This document shows, one piece after another, positions 30,578 to 40,100 of a stretch of 46,737 bases of DNA. The DNA comes from a virus (lineage: Duplodnaviria > Caudoviricetes). Made by a program: the position numbers and the translations under genes. Every line of letters begins with the position of its first letter. Position 1 is the stretch's first letter. Under the pieces are notes generated by a model. The model saw nothing but the letters and a program-made list of their open reading frames with translations. It had not been told where the DNA came from and ran no database searches. The stretch covers positions 1 through 46,737 of the IMG/VR virus record IMGVR_UViG_3300005512_000062. The stretch is one strand, 5' to 3'.

Positions 30578-31788
30578 AACTTTCCTCCAATCGCTGCAAT
30601 CACCTTAGTTGTCACAGCATTACCTAAACATTTGTACCTCTGGGTATCACTTATCCCCTCTGTCCACCCATCCGGAAAGCCCTGAAGTCTCTCACATTCC
30701 GTAGGTGTAAGCCTACGAATCCTCTGCCCATCTGTCAACTTACATCCATTACGGGGTGCTGCGTTGTTGAAGGTAGCACGAACTGTCCCACAATTATCCT
30801 CCTTTCTTATACGACTATTGTAGTCATCATAGCACATCACTCCGTGTTGATCCTGCCCCGTAAGGGTGAAGGATGGCTCACCTTCTTCCTTTATTCTTCT
30901 TCCGTTTTGTCTTTTTTGTAATCGTCCGGGCGTAAGCACGGCACATCCCCGCCTATTTTTAAGGTTCGTGAGGTCTCTGCCTTCATTGGCTTCCTCTCTA
31001 TAAAGTGACTCTTCAAGATCCCTTGCGTCATCTTCTCCGATAGGAAATACTTTGGGTCTACCTGATCCTCTAGTATGTCCGATAATGAACACTCGCTCCC
31101 GGTTTTGAGGAATTCCAAAGAATTTAGTATTAAGTACCTGCCATTCGATATCATACCCAAGGTTGGCAAGGACTTTAAGTATGGTTTGGAAAGTTTGTCC
31201 AGAGTCGTGAGTAAGTAAGCCTTTGACGTTTTCGAGTAGAACACATTGGGGTCTGTGGTGGTCGAGAATCCTTGCGATCTCAAAAAAGAGAGTTCCCCTA
31301 GTGTCATCGAATCCCCTTCGGTAACCGGCAACTGAGAATGCTTGGCAAGGAAATCCTCCAACCAGGAGGTCATGGCTTGGTATGTCTGTGACTTCGATTT
31401 TTGTGATGTCTCCTTCATAGAGTTTGCTCCTTTCGTCCCATCCTCCAGCACCAAAGGCTTTTGATCCCCCCACCCCTGACTGGTCAATGCCGGACATAAT
31501 TTGTTTTTGATTAATTTCTTGTGTAATCTTTGATCCGAAGACTTGACTATGTATTTCATTGTACCCTCCGAAGTTCTTTCTATAGATGGCACTCGCGTAT
31601 TTATCCCACTCGTTGGCGAAGACGCAAGTAAAACCTTCGTGATCTTTCCGTGGTTCTGCCGGACTGTCGGTGCTATCCCCGTTGGGCAATACACATTGTG
31701 ACACTCGTGACCCTTTCCCATATTGAATAGAATTTTCAAGTCCATAACGGAACCCTCCTATGCCCGCGAATAGTTCAATAAACTTCAT
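30565..31788 (-). CDS. DNA (cytosine-5) methyltransferase
   Basis: Motifs I (ELFAGIGG), IV (GGFPCQAFS), VI (ENVKGL), VIII (PQNRERVF), IX (RRLTPTECERLQGFP) and X (LGNAV). Confidence 0.95.
   Translation of the reverse strand: MKFIELFAGIGGFRYGLENSIQYGKGSRVSQCVLPNGDSTDSPAEPRKDHEGFTCVFANEWDKYASAIYRKNFGGYNEIHSQVFGSKITQEINQKQIMSGIDQSGVGGSKAFGAGGWDERSKLYEGDITKIEVTDIPSHDLLVGGFPCQAFSVAGYRRGFDDTRGTLFFEIARILDHHRPQCVLLENVKGLLTHDSGQTFQTILKVLANLGYDIEWQVLNTKFFGIPQNRERVFIIGHTRGSGRPKVFPIGEDDARDLEESLYREEANEGRDLTNLKNRRGCAVLTPGRLQKRQNGRRIKEEGEPSFTLTGQDQHGVMCYDDYNSRIRKEDNCGTVRATFNNAAPRNGCKLTDGQRIRRLTPTECERLQGFPDGWTEGISDTQRYKCLGNAVTTKVIAAIGGKLWTQ
30891..31745 (-). CDS. Overprinted alternative-frame ORF inside the methyltransferase (EcoHK31I-beta-like)
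   Basis: 284 open codons in another frame, containing SLSDILEDQVDPKYFLSEK. Possible SD-led start at ATG 31559 (GGAGGgtacaATG). Confidence 0.65.
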   Translation of the reverse strand: MDLKILFNMGKGHECHNVYCPTGIAPTVRQNHGKITKVLLASSPTSGINTRVPSIERTSEGTMKYIVKSSDQRLHKKLIKNKLCPALTSQGWGDQKPLVLEDGTKGANSMKETSQKSKSQTYQAMTSWLEDFLAKHSQLPVTEGDSMTLGELSFLRSQGFSTTTDPNVFYSKTSKAYLLTTLDKLSKPYLKSLPTLGMISNGRYLILNSLEFLKTGSECSLSDILEDQVDPKYFLSEKMTQGILKSHFIERKPMKAETSRTLKIGGDVPCLRPDDYKKDKTEEE

Positions 31789-31789
31789 A

Positions 31790-31876
31790 CTACCCCCTCC
31801 AAGAGAGTATCATCATGGTCCACATAAAAATAACGAACAGTATACCTAACGTTGCCGCTATATTTTCTTCTTTCAT
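31790..31876 (-). CDS. 28-aa single-TM peptide (not in ORF track)
   Basis: MKEENIAATLGILFVIFMWTMMILSWRG fills the gap between polymerase and methyltransferase genes. Confidence 0.5.
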   Translation of the reverse strand: MKEENIAATLGILFVIFMWTMMILSWRG

Positions 31877-31879
31877 AGT

Positions 31880-33817
31880 CTACCCCTTTTTATACCTTTG
31901 AGTGGTGAAACCTTCAGCGACTATAGGACATCCCGTAGCCCAATCAGGCACTTTACACATAATTCTGATCATTTCCTCAATTTTGCCCTCACCTAACGCT
32001 CTCTCAGAGACGATCTCATCGTGGGTGTGCATAAGTATAGGGTATCCTGCAGCTTCTAGAGCAGGCATTGAGTATGCCATAATGTCTCTCGCTACAGCTT
32101 GAGTGATGTTCTCAACGAGGAGTCCACCATATGTATCCCTTCGTACCCACTGCGATGTGACCTCTGTCATAAAGGTCATACCCATTTGCTCGAACCTATT
32201 AGGCTCTAGCTGTGGTTCCATATAGGTGAGGATCCTATCAGATGGTAGCCTACAGAATATAGCCTTCCTATCCGGCACATATATCCAAGCTATACCATTA
32301 CACATTGCTACCTTATTAGGAGAGTGGTATGCTTCCATCATTGCTCTCTCCATATCGTACCAATAGTTCTTCACGTTAAAGTATGTACCTCTATACAGAT
32401 CAACAATCCTCGTGGCTTCCTCTTCAGTAACATCGATGCCGTAAGTTTTGCAGGTAAGTCGGAACTTACTTGCGCCCATTCCGAATCCACATCCAAGGAT
32501 TGCTTGTTTTCCAAGTTGTCGCTCACTAGGATTATCAGCTTTGGTGAGTGATGGATCCCCATAAATTCTCTGAGCCATCTTAACGTAAATGTCTTCATCT
32601 GTACCCCTATCAGTTGCTTCAAACTCTTTGAGTCCTGCTTCCTCACCAGAGAGCCACATAACTACACGTGCTTCGATAGCACCATAGTCTACCACATAGA
32701 GTTCCTTACCCTTAGAGGGTATGATCATCCCTCTTATACACGAGGAAAGAACATCCATAAGTTTCCCTGGGTACATCATTTCTACAGCAGGGTACCCAAC
32801 AGCAAGGATATCCTTGATGGCTTTGTCTGTATCTACCTTACTCTTTGGAAGGTTCTGCAACTGTACCAACTTGCCACCCCATCTACCTGTCGATGCCCCG
32901 TGGTACACATAACTATCACGAAGGATATCGTTTTCATCGACAGCCGCGATAAGCTTCCTATATTTAGCAAGGGAAGACTTACCTAATTGCTGACGAAGTC
33001 GTAGCACTTGGAGTTGCTTTGGTGTTAGTTTGTTTGCCTTGATTGCTTCTGTTACCGACTGCTTTGTTAACGATGTCATGTTGGCGCCACCCTCATTGAG
33101 GAAGGCGATCATCGATTGTACTTGAGTCCCCTTGGTTACCTTTCCATTGGTAAGTGCCACAAGTTCTTTATTAAGGGAGTCGGTTTTCTTTTCGAGGATT
33201 CTAATGATTTTCTTAACCGTAGGCATATCAATGCGAATGCCGCGCGAGTTGATAAGCTGGTCATAGAACCATATCTCTTGTTCTTTGTCGGATAGATCCG
33301 GCAAGGCATTGTCAAGGTCTCTTTCGACTCTGACATCTTGCCTGCAGTATTCATATAGCATTTTAAGATGCTCACTGTCTTCGTCATATTCTTCTGTCCC
33401 CTTCTTTAATGGTTTAGCCATACGCAACATCATCTGTCTACCCACCTTGTCCTTCCTTTGAGGTAGACCTAGGGCGTCGGCTGCCTTCTCTAATCCTTTA
33501 GGCAGACCATAGGCACAAGCTTTAGCCATAGTGCAACGCCATCTTTGGAGAGGTATCGCGGGAAGACCATACTTCTTTTCCATTATGTTCTTCCATATGC
33601 ATCTCTCAAAGAAAGCATTGTGGGCTACGAAGATGACATCTGGGTTCATTGCAAGTTCCACGAGTTTGTTGAACTCATTACTCACGTGAACTTTACCATC
33701 ATCCACAGCGATAGCTACGCAATGGACATGGGTAGTAGGGTGCGCGGAATAAATCCACGCACCCGTTTCCCAAATGTCCACTGTAGATCTTGTTTCAAAA
33801 TCTATGTGGACTTTCAC
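31880..33817 (-). CDS. polA: DNA polymerase family A with 3'-5' exonuclease
   Basis: Exo DFET and AHNAFFER. Motif A DYGAIEAR, motif B RQLGKQAILGCGFG (Leu at the 762-equivalent position), motif C HDEIV. Confidence 0.95.
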   Translation of the reverse strand: MKVHIDFETRSTVDIWETGAWIYSAHPTTHVHCVAIAVDDGKVHVSNEFNKLVELAMNPDVIFVAHNAFFERCIWKNIMEKKYGLPAIPLQRWRCTMAKACAYGLPKGLEKAADALGLPQRKDKVGRQMMLRMAKPLKKGTEEYDEDSEHLKMLYEYCRQDVRVERDLDNALPDLSDKEQEIWFYDQLINSRGIRIDMPTVKKIIRILEKKTDSLNKELVALTNGKVTKGTQVQSMIAFLNEGGANMTSLTKQSVTEAIKANKLTPKQLQVLRLRQQLGKSSLAKYRKLIAAVDENDILRDSYVYHGASTGRWGGKLVQLQNLPKSKVDTDKAIKDILAVGYPAVEMMYPGKLMDVLSSCIRGMIIPSKGKELYVVDYGAIEARVVMWLSGEEAGLKEFEATDRGTDEDIYVKMAQRIYGDPSLTKADNPSERQLGKQAILGCGFGMGASKFRLTCKTYGIDVTEEEATRIVDLYRGTYFNVKNYWYDMERAMMEAYHSPNKVAMCNGIAWIYVPDRKAIFCRLPSDRILTYMEPQLEPNRFEQMGMTFMTEVTSQWVRRDTYGGLLVENITQAVARDIMAYSMPALEAAGYPILMHTHDEIVSERALGEGKIEEMIRIMCKVPDWATGCPIVAEGFTTQRYKKG

Positions 33818-33818
33818 C

Positions 33819-34439
33819 TTACACCCCCTGGAATGGGTTTGCTACAGGAGTAGTTCCCGTTGGGGCAACTTGCCCTGTCGGTGCCGACTCCTGTACTTCA
33901 CTCTCTTCAGGGATGTCAAGACCCGCGAAAGCATCATCCACTTTCACACCTGTCGATGCGAAGGGAGTGTTCTCACCTGTCTTCATAACGTGTTGCACAC
34001 CAATACTAACACTCTTCTTGGTGCCATACTTGTACCCAAACACATCGATGTAAGCTAAGACATTACATCCAGCATAGACTTCGGTTGGATCGATTGGTTG
34101 TTTGTCCCTATTCACAACACAAACCTTGCCGAACTCTGTCTTACGACTCACATTGAGAATATAGTGTCCCGCATATTCTCCACGATATGTCTTGAACGAT
34201 CCTACATCATCACCATCTTTGAAGTTGGTGAAGTTTGCCAAGGCTGCCGGTAGTCCTGCTTCACCCGCAACACTTATAGCTTCCTTACTCACTGCATCCT
34301 TGAGCCACTTTGCAAACTCGATGACTTTAGGATCTGATTTTGGGAACAGTATTGACAACGAATACTTGTTGAACTGATCCGGTTTACTTAGGTTCGGAAA
34401 CGATGCCCTTCCGATAGGCGTTACTTTTGACATACTCAT
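33819..34439 (-). CDS. ssb: Single-stranded DNA-binding protein (DUF2815 / gp2.5-like)
   Basis: RASFPNL..P, KYS...LFPK, FKDGD and EVYAGC motifs, acidic tail, located between DUF2800 and polymerase. Confidence 0.88.
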   Translation of the reverse strand: MSMSKVTPIGRASFPNLSKPDQFNKYSLSILFPKSDPKVIEFAKWLKDAVSKEAISVAGEAGLPAALANFTNFKDGDDVGSFKTYRGEYAGHYILNVSRKTEFGKVCVVNRDKQPIDPTEVYAGCNVLAYIDVFGYKYGTKKSVSIGVQHVMKTGENTPFASTGVKVDDAFAGLDIPEESEVQESAPTGQVAPTGTTPVANPFQGV

Positions 34440-34469
34440 TTTAGTTCTCCTTTTTGTTGTTCTACTGTG

Positions 34470-35645
34470 CTAGTCAAGTTCTACATCCTTGAACACATCT
34501 TCGACTTTACGACTTATAAAGTCTTTTGCTTCCTTGGTTGGCACTAACTTGATGTCTCCCTCTGGAGTCATCACATAGTCATCCAACACTTCCTTACCTA
34601 CGATCTTCTCAAGTTGCGCTGGTGTCCTCACCTTACGCTCACCAAAAAGATCATCGCCAAGTTCCGACTGGAACCTTTCGATCACTGCCTGCTCGTCCTT
34701 GTACCTCCTTTGTTTTCTTCCTCGTGTCAACACATAGTTAGGTATATCCTCACCCTTGGACGCGAGAGAAAGGGCATACCCTTCTAGGTTATTAATAAAT
34801 GCCTTGAGTACCTCAAGGGCTGGTAGAGCCTTACCTATTTGTTCACCTGTTAGATCTGTTATCTTAGGGAAGACTCTGTCGATCTGTGGTGCTACTTCTT
34901 GTACTGTCGTTACAATACTTTTTTGTAGTGCATGACAGACTCCTTGTGCTTTACAATACTTGCACCAGGTTCCGGCTTTGAAGTCAGGATCTTTTACCCT
35001 AGTTAAAGCAATCGCTCTCTTCAACTCCAATATGAATTTGTCCATCCTTTGGGGTGTGGTCTCCCACATCTTTATGAACTCCCCTTCCTTTGCCCTAGGC
35101 TGAATAACACCTATGACAATCTTCTTGATGAACATCTTCGCATCCAAGTAGGGGCGTATTCCATAATACATACACTGTTTGTTCTCAACAGGGCTGACGA
35201 TAATACCTCGTCCTCCCTTGAGATCAATAACATAGAGGGTGTCTGATGCCACGAATGAGCAGTCGGTAGTGCCTTGAGCCAACTTATCAACCTCTGGTAT
35301 TTTGAACTTCGTCTCTACTTGTAAAGCTTTCTGATCCAAGTTATGTTCCTTGAGGATATCGAGGATCGTATTCCTATACATACGAACCGCGAAAGCGAAG
35401 TCATCATTTACTGTGAACTCGATGATCTCCCCATAGTTATCCTTTACTTCAATAGTGTCTCCGATACAGTCATAGGGGTCGATGTCTTCTTTCAAGCATC
35501 TTGCTCCTAACTCGTGTATGGCTATCCCCTCCAAGGCTGGTGGATTAGACGGCTCAACAATGTCTATCGCAGCCTGGGCAGAGACACTACCTGGACACTC
35601 AAAGAATCTATCAGCACCTGACGGACTGACGTTTGAATGACCCAT
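34470..35645 (-). CDS. DUF2800 Cas4-like PD-(D/E)XK nuclease
   Basis: HS..SPS...RF.ECPGS, EG...HE, GTTD, IDLK.GRG, IQPR and WCKYCKA...C motifs. Confidence 0.9.
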   Translation of the reverse strand: MGHSNVSPSGADRFFECPGSVSAQAAIDIVEPSNPPALEGIAIHELGARCLKEDIDPYDCIGDTIEVKDNYGEIIEFTVNDDFAFAVRMYRNTILDILKEHNLDQKALQVETKFKIPEVDKLAQGTTDCSFVASDTLYVIDLKGGRGIIVSPVENKQCMYYGIRPYLDAKMFIKKIVIGVIQPRAKEGEFIKMWETTPQRMDKFILELKRAIALTRVKDPDFKAGTWCKYCKAQGVCHALQKSIVTTVQEVAPQIDRVFPKITDLTGEQIGKALPALEVLKAFINNLEGYALSLASKGEDIPNYVLTRGRKQRRYKDEQAVIERFQSELGDDLFGERKVRTPAQLEKIVGKEVLDDYVMTPEGDIKLVPTKEAKDFISRKVEDVFKDVELD

Positions 35646-37354
35646 TATTTTACTCCTTCTTTGGTTAGGAAGTCCGCTACCAACTTGCTTACGGCTTCAT
35701 AGTCCTTGGGTTCAACATCGAACACGTGTTCGTTGTTGGGGTACTTCGCTTTGAACTCACCCTGCAACTTTGCAAAGAGTGCATTCGTCTTCTCAGGATC
35801 CCCACTAAACGATGAGATCTTGTTGGCTGCTTCCTGCATCTCTGTCTGATACCCTTCAGGTGTAAGATCAACCTTTACTTCTTCCTTCTTCTTTGGCTCT
35901 GCCTTCTTCACCGCCGGTTTTGCTTTGGGTTGTGTCGGCTGTGTTTCTGATATCCCTGCCTGAACCCCCTCTGAATACGTTCCTTCGGTTGTGATCACAT
36001 CATCTCGTGCCGCGATCTTCTCCAATGCTACCGCGATTCTTTCTGCCTGTGCATCTGTCATTACTTCCTCCTTCTTTTTTGGATTAAAGTCTAGCCCTAA
36101 CTTATCATCCTTCATTATTGTCTTGATGTTCTTGTCCTTAAACAGAGTGCTACTTAGCACCTGCTCATCCACAGTTCCCTCTACAAGAAGGAACTGAAAT
36201 AGGCAAGGTCTTTTTTGCCCTTCCCTATATAAACGACCAATGGCTTGTTTGATGATCCCTGGGGTGTGGGCTATCTCAACGAATACTGCCATACTCGCCA
36301 CCTGCTGAAGACCATCAATACCTTCACCTGCCGCTTGAATCTGTCCTATGAAAACTCTGCAAGATTTTTCCCCACAAAATTTATCAACTACCTTTTGTCT
36401 GTCTTTACTGGGGGTTGCACCCCGTAATACGACAGGATTAAATTCTCTGAGTGCTTCTTCAAGACCAAGGATAACATCTGTATGGTAAGCAAATACAACA
36501 ACTTTATCCTCCGATTCCAAGATGTTCGTGATGTGTTCGGCACTGGGTACGACTTTCCCAAGACCGATCTTACGTCTAATGGATTCGTTCTCCTCCCCTG
36601 TAAATAAATATTTCTCAATGTCTTTCGAGAAGGGCATATAGATTTTTTGAAGAGACTTGTCCGGTAGGACATCACGCGTTCTCCGTAACATAAACCCTTC
36701 GAGCCTGCCAGAAAGTTCCTCAAGATTTTCTGCTCCATTAGCTTCGTAGCCCCACTTCCCATCTTGCCCATCACAATACCTCCTTGTGTATGCTATGTAA
36801 TTAAGGTAGCCACCTAGCCTTTCAGGGCATAACTTGCTCAACATTGCGTGGAGTTCCACTGGTCTATTGAGAACAGGTGTGGCTGTCATCATCCATCTAT
36901 AAGTCGACAGGTCAGCGTATCCGTTTCGCAGGTACACTGCCTTAGTTCGTTTAGCCTTATGGTTCTTGAGGTAATGTGCTTCATCGCAAATGAGAACATC
37001 ATACGTCCTCTTGAGTAAACTCCGAATGTATCCCTTCCTCCAGCAGAGATCGTAGTTAATGATGAACATCCCTTCCCTTGGCACGGTTTCGATGTTCTTG
37101 TCGTTGAGTATATGTATGTCTCTATCATCGTACCCCCATTTGACTGCTTCCTTCTTCCAGTTATATTTAATACTCGCTGTGCATATCACAAGGATACTCC
37201 TCGCACCTACTTGTTGGCAGGCGTGGATCCCTTGCGCGGTCTTCCCCGTTCCAACGTCATCCGCTAAAAGGGCAGCCCGCGACCTTGCCAAGAAATCCAC
37301 ACCCTGACGTTGGAAATCATATAGCTGCTCGTATGTGTCGTTAACTATTCTCAT
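35645..37354 (-). CDS. SNF2-family helicase with in-frame C-terminal extension
   Basis: LYDFQ, DDVGTGKT, DEAH, TATP, GEGID and QAIGRLYR.GQ motifs. Confidence 0.92.
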   Translation of the reverse strand: MRIVNDTYEQLYDFQRQGVDFLARSRAALLADDVGTGKTAQGIHACQQVGARSILVICTASIKYNWKKEAVKWGYDDRDIHILNDKNIETVPREGMFIINYDLCWRKGYIRSLLKRTYDVLICDEAHYLKNHKAKRTKAVYLRNGYADLSTYRWMMTATPVLNRPVELHAMLSKLCPERLGGYLNYIAYTRRYCDGQDGKWGYEANGAENLEELSGRLEGFMLRRTRDVLPDKSLQKIYMPFSKDIEKYLFTGEENESIRRKIGLGKVVPSAEHITNILESEDKVVVFAYHTDVILGLEEALREFNPVVLRGATPSKDRQKVVDKFCGEKSCRVFIGQIQAAGEGIDGLQQVASMAVFVEIAHTPGIIKQAIGRLYREGQKRPCLFQFLLVEGTVDEQVLSSTLFKDKNIKTIMKDDKLGLDFNPKKKEEVMTDAQAERIAVALEKIAARDDVITTEGTYSEGVQAGISETQPTQPKAKPAVKKAEPKKKEEVKVDLTPEGYQTEMQEAANKISSFSGDPEKTNALFAKLQGEFKAKYPNNEHVFDVEPKDYEAVSKLVADFLTKEGVK

Positions 37355-38034
37355 TTCACCACCTTAAAAGGATCCTTGAGTTTGGTTCTCTTGTATTCTG
37401 GGTCGATCCCAAATCTCACCATCTGATTGTGCTTACGACAAGCCTTCCTAAAGGTCTTGATCTGCTCTTCTGTCCAATGGACTGGCTCGATGTTAGGACT
37501 TATCTGATTATCGAACCAACAATCAGCTACCTTTGTACCCCATACCTTGCATAGATCTAACTTCATACAGTTCTCTTCGTAGGGTGTGAGCCAATTGCAC
37601 ACCATAAAAACTGTGATGTCGTGTGGCTTATACCCTGCTGCAAGGAGAGTTTTGACTGTGGCTTTGATGTTTTTCTGAAGATGGAAACCAAAGTCCCATG
37701 CCATACGGATAGTCTTGAACCTTGATTGTCGCATAGCCACAGCCAATTCCGGGGTAAGCACTCTCCAATCGATCCCACATATAAACTCATATTGGATCAC
37801 CTTATTATTGACCTTTCTCCTACCCAACTCTTGAATGATCTCAAGGGCTTCGGGCTTACATAAGAGATTCATATCCATAATCTTTACAACATTTCTCACG
37901 AGTTCGGGGATCTCATACACCTCGTACTCTGTGGGTTCGTAACAGAAAGGACAATTATTGGGGCATCCCTGGGATAGCCTTATCCATTGCTCTTTCTCAT
38001 CGAACTTGTTGTAGGGTCCATATGAATACTTCAC
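37351..38034 (-). CDS. Radical SAM domain protein
   Basis: SQGCPNNCPFC (CxxxCxxC), plus D.NLL, GID.R and RMAWD core motifs. Confidence 0.85.
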   Translation of the reverse strand: MKYSYGPYNKFDEKEQWIRLSQGCPNNCPFCYEPTEYEVYEIPELVRNVVKIMDMNLLCKPEALEIIQELGRRKVNNKVIQYEFICGIDWRVLTPELAVAMRQSRFKTIRMAWDFGFHLQKNIKATVKTLLAAGYKPHDITVFMVCNWLTPYEENCMKLDLCKVWGTKVADCWFDNQISPNIEPVHWTEEQIKTFRKACRKHNQMVRFGIDPEYKRTKLKDPFKVVK

Positions 38035-40100
38035 TCTGCTTCCACCTTCTTTACTCTAGTGTACTTGAGACCCTCAAGAGTCTGTCTCTTTATCCACCCA
38101 AGATTCTTGAGCGACAAGGCGATCCTTCTTTGGTGTCCTGTGTGCATACCCTGGACATTCCCACCTAATACGTTCCTATATAGGTGTTGGGTCGATACAT
38201 CGATGACCTCTGGGTTACTTGCTGCCCATTCGGCAATGATCCACTGCCAAGGATCGTCAGCGAGTCTCTTCATAGCTTCGACTTCACTTTCCTTGATGAG
38301 TTCATAAGGAAGCATCAAGGTCTCACCCTTTTTGTAGGCAGCAACTGCTTCAGCTAATAGTTGTTCCCTATCTCTTTTCAATACTTCTAATTCGAAATGG
38401 TCACAGAACACAGGCCAAAAGCGTCTATTACCCGTAGTATCTGTAAGGTAACCGACATCGTCGGGGTTGATTGTCCCAATGAATATGCACTGCCGGGGGA
38501 ATCGTTGTCTTGCTCTTGCGTAGGGTAAGCGTACGTCATCTTCTCTCCTTGATATAAAATTCTTGAGTCTGTCTGATTCTGTTTTCCTCGTGGTGATCAT
38601 CTCTGACATCTCGACCACCCACTTGGAGTGTATATAAGGAATGCAGTCCTTATCTTGGGGATCGATAGGTGCATCACCATACCACTCACCACCTAGGATC
38701 TCACAAGTGGTACTCTTACCTATGCCTTGCGCTCCCTCAAGTACAAGAACATAATCGAACTTGCACCCTGGACTATAGACTCGCGCAATCATAGCCACAA
38801 GTACCTTCCTACCCATCTGTCTATTAAGGGGATTGTTGGCGGCACCACAATATTTTTCCAACCAAGTGTCGATCCTCTCGACCCCATCCCACTTGTATGT
38901 CTCTAATACGTCCTTAATAGGATGATAAACATTTCCTGCCGCCACTAGGTCGACAGCCTTCCACATTGTCTGGCTACTAAATTCTACATTATGTGTATGA
39001 GCCAAGTGCAGTCTTATGCACTCAATCTCTCGATCATCTATGGCATTGTATCTATTGATACGATCTTTTTCCCAAGGGATATTGCCCTTTATCTCTAGTC
39101 TCTCATTGAAAGCATTGTAAATAAACATACCTTTTATGCCTAATTCGTGCTTTAACAGAAGATGCGCGTTCTTTAGCGTCGTTTTAAGGGCATTATTTTT
39201 TGTATACTCAAGCTTTTTCATCCATTTGTTAGGATCTTTTTTAGCTATGTCCGGGAGTACAACTTTAGGATCTCGTGTTCCGGCGGGTGCTTCGTTGTAG
39301 TTATATGCATTGGCTACCTTCCTCTGGAGTTCCATGTTCTCCCACATAGGCTTACACTTGGGATTATAATGCTTGAGCATTAATTGAAAAGTCTTTTGCA
39401 TCGAGAGGTTATAGTCCCTACCACGACAAGCTACCTTAAATGTAGTCTTATCTCCATTCTCACCCTCGATGGCCAATGGCGCGAGTTTCTCAAGATAGTC
39501 TGTATACCTATCGATGTTATCTTGGGAGTCACTAAAGCCTGGATGGTTAACCTCACCAAGATCCACAACCTTCCTCTTTATAAGGTTGAGAAGACCACCT
39601 GGGGCTTGGATGTCAACAAAGGGAGGAGTCAGAAAAGTATAGGGATTGCCTAATACTTGTGACCCAGCACCTATGACATAAGCACCTTCCGATAAGAAGT
39701 CCACTCCAGGAAATTCTTTGAGGTTCTTTCGAATTGCAAATTCAGGTGGCTTCCTCAAGTATATATGAAGCCCGCCCCCACCAGTTCGTACAATTGTGGC
39801 TGAAGTTTCGATATCCTGAAGAGTCGATACTTGTTGCTTGATCTCCGACCATACCGATCTACCCTTCATATTGCGAGGATCGAGGTCGATGACAAGATCG
39901 TCTGCCTTCAACCTCACACCAAACTGTCCGTAAGGATATTTCATTATGTTCGGAGCAACATCAACTATCGCACTCTTCCAACCAAAGCCATTGGCTGGTT
40001 TCTTTTCTTCAGTCGTTGCAAAAGTAGCGTACCCCGCCTGGGCGTATGTCTCAACGCATTTAATCAGCGTTGAAGGGATTTCCGCTAGTTTCTTTTGCAT
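38031..40100 (-). CDS. Prim-Pol primase fused to VirE/VapE-like helicase
   Basis: VIDLDPRN and TGGGGLHIY (Prim-Pol). EGAQGIGKST, RLPYAR, GTIN and DTTGNRRFWP (VirE). Confidence 0.92.
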   Translation of the reverse strand: MQKKLAEIPSTLIKCVETYAQAGYATFATTEEKKPANGFGWKSAIVDVAPNIMKYPYGQFGVRLKADDLVIDLDPRNMKGRSVWSEIKQQVSTLQDIETSATIVRTGGGGLHIYLRKPPEFAIRKNLKEFPGVDFLSEGAYVIGAGSQVLGNPYTFLTPPFVDIQAPGGLLNLIKRKVVDLGEVNHPGFSDSQDNIDRYTDYLEKLAPLAIEGENGDKTTFKVACRGRDYNLSMQKTFQLMLKHYNPKCKPMWENMELQRKVANAYNYNEAPAGTRDPKVVLPDIAKKDPNKWMKKLEYTKNNALKTTLKNAHLLLKHELGIKGMFIYNAFNERLEIKGNIPWEKDRINRYNAIDDREIECIRLHLAHTHNVEFSSQTMWKAVDLVAAGNVYHPIKDVLETYKWDGVERIDTWLEKYCGAANNPLNRQMGRKVLVAMIARVYSPGCKFDYVLVLEGAQGIGKSTTCEILGGEWYGDAPIDPQDKDCIPYIHSKWVVEMSEMITTRKTESDRLKNFISRREDDVRLPYARARQRFPRQCIFIGTINPDDVGYLTDTTGNRRFWPVFCDHFELEVLKRDREQLLAEAVAAYKKGETLMLPYELIKESEVEAMKRLADDPWQWIIAEWAASNPEVIDVSTQHLYRNVLGGNVQGMHTGHQRRIALSLKNLGWIKRQTLEGLKYTRVKKVEAE

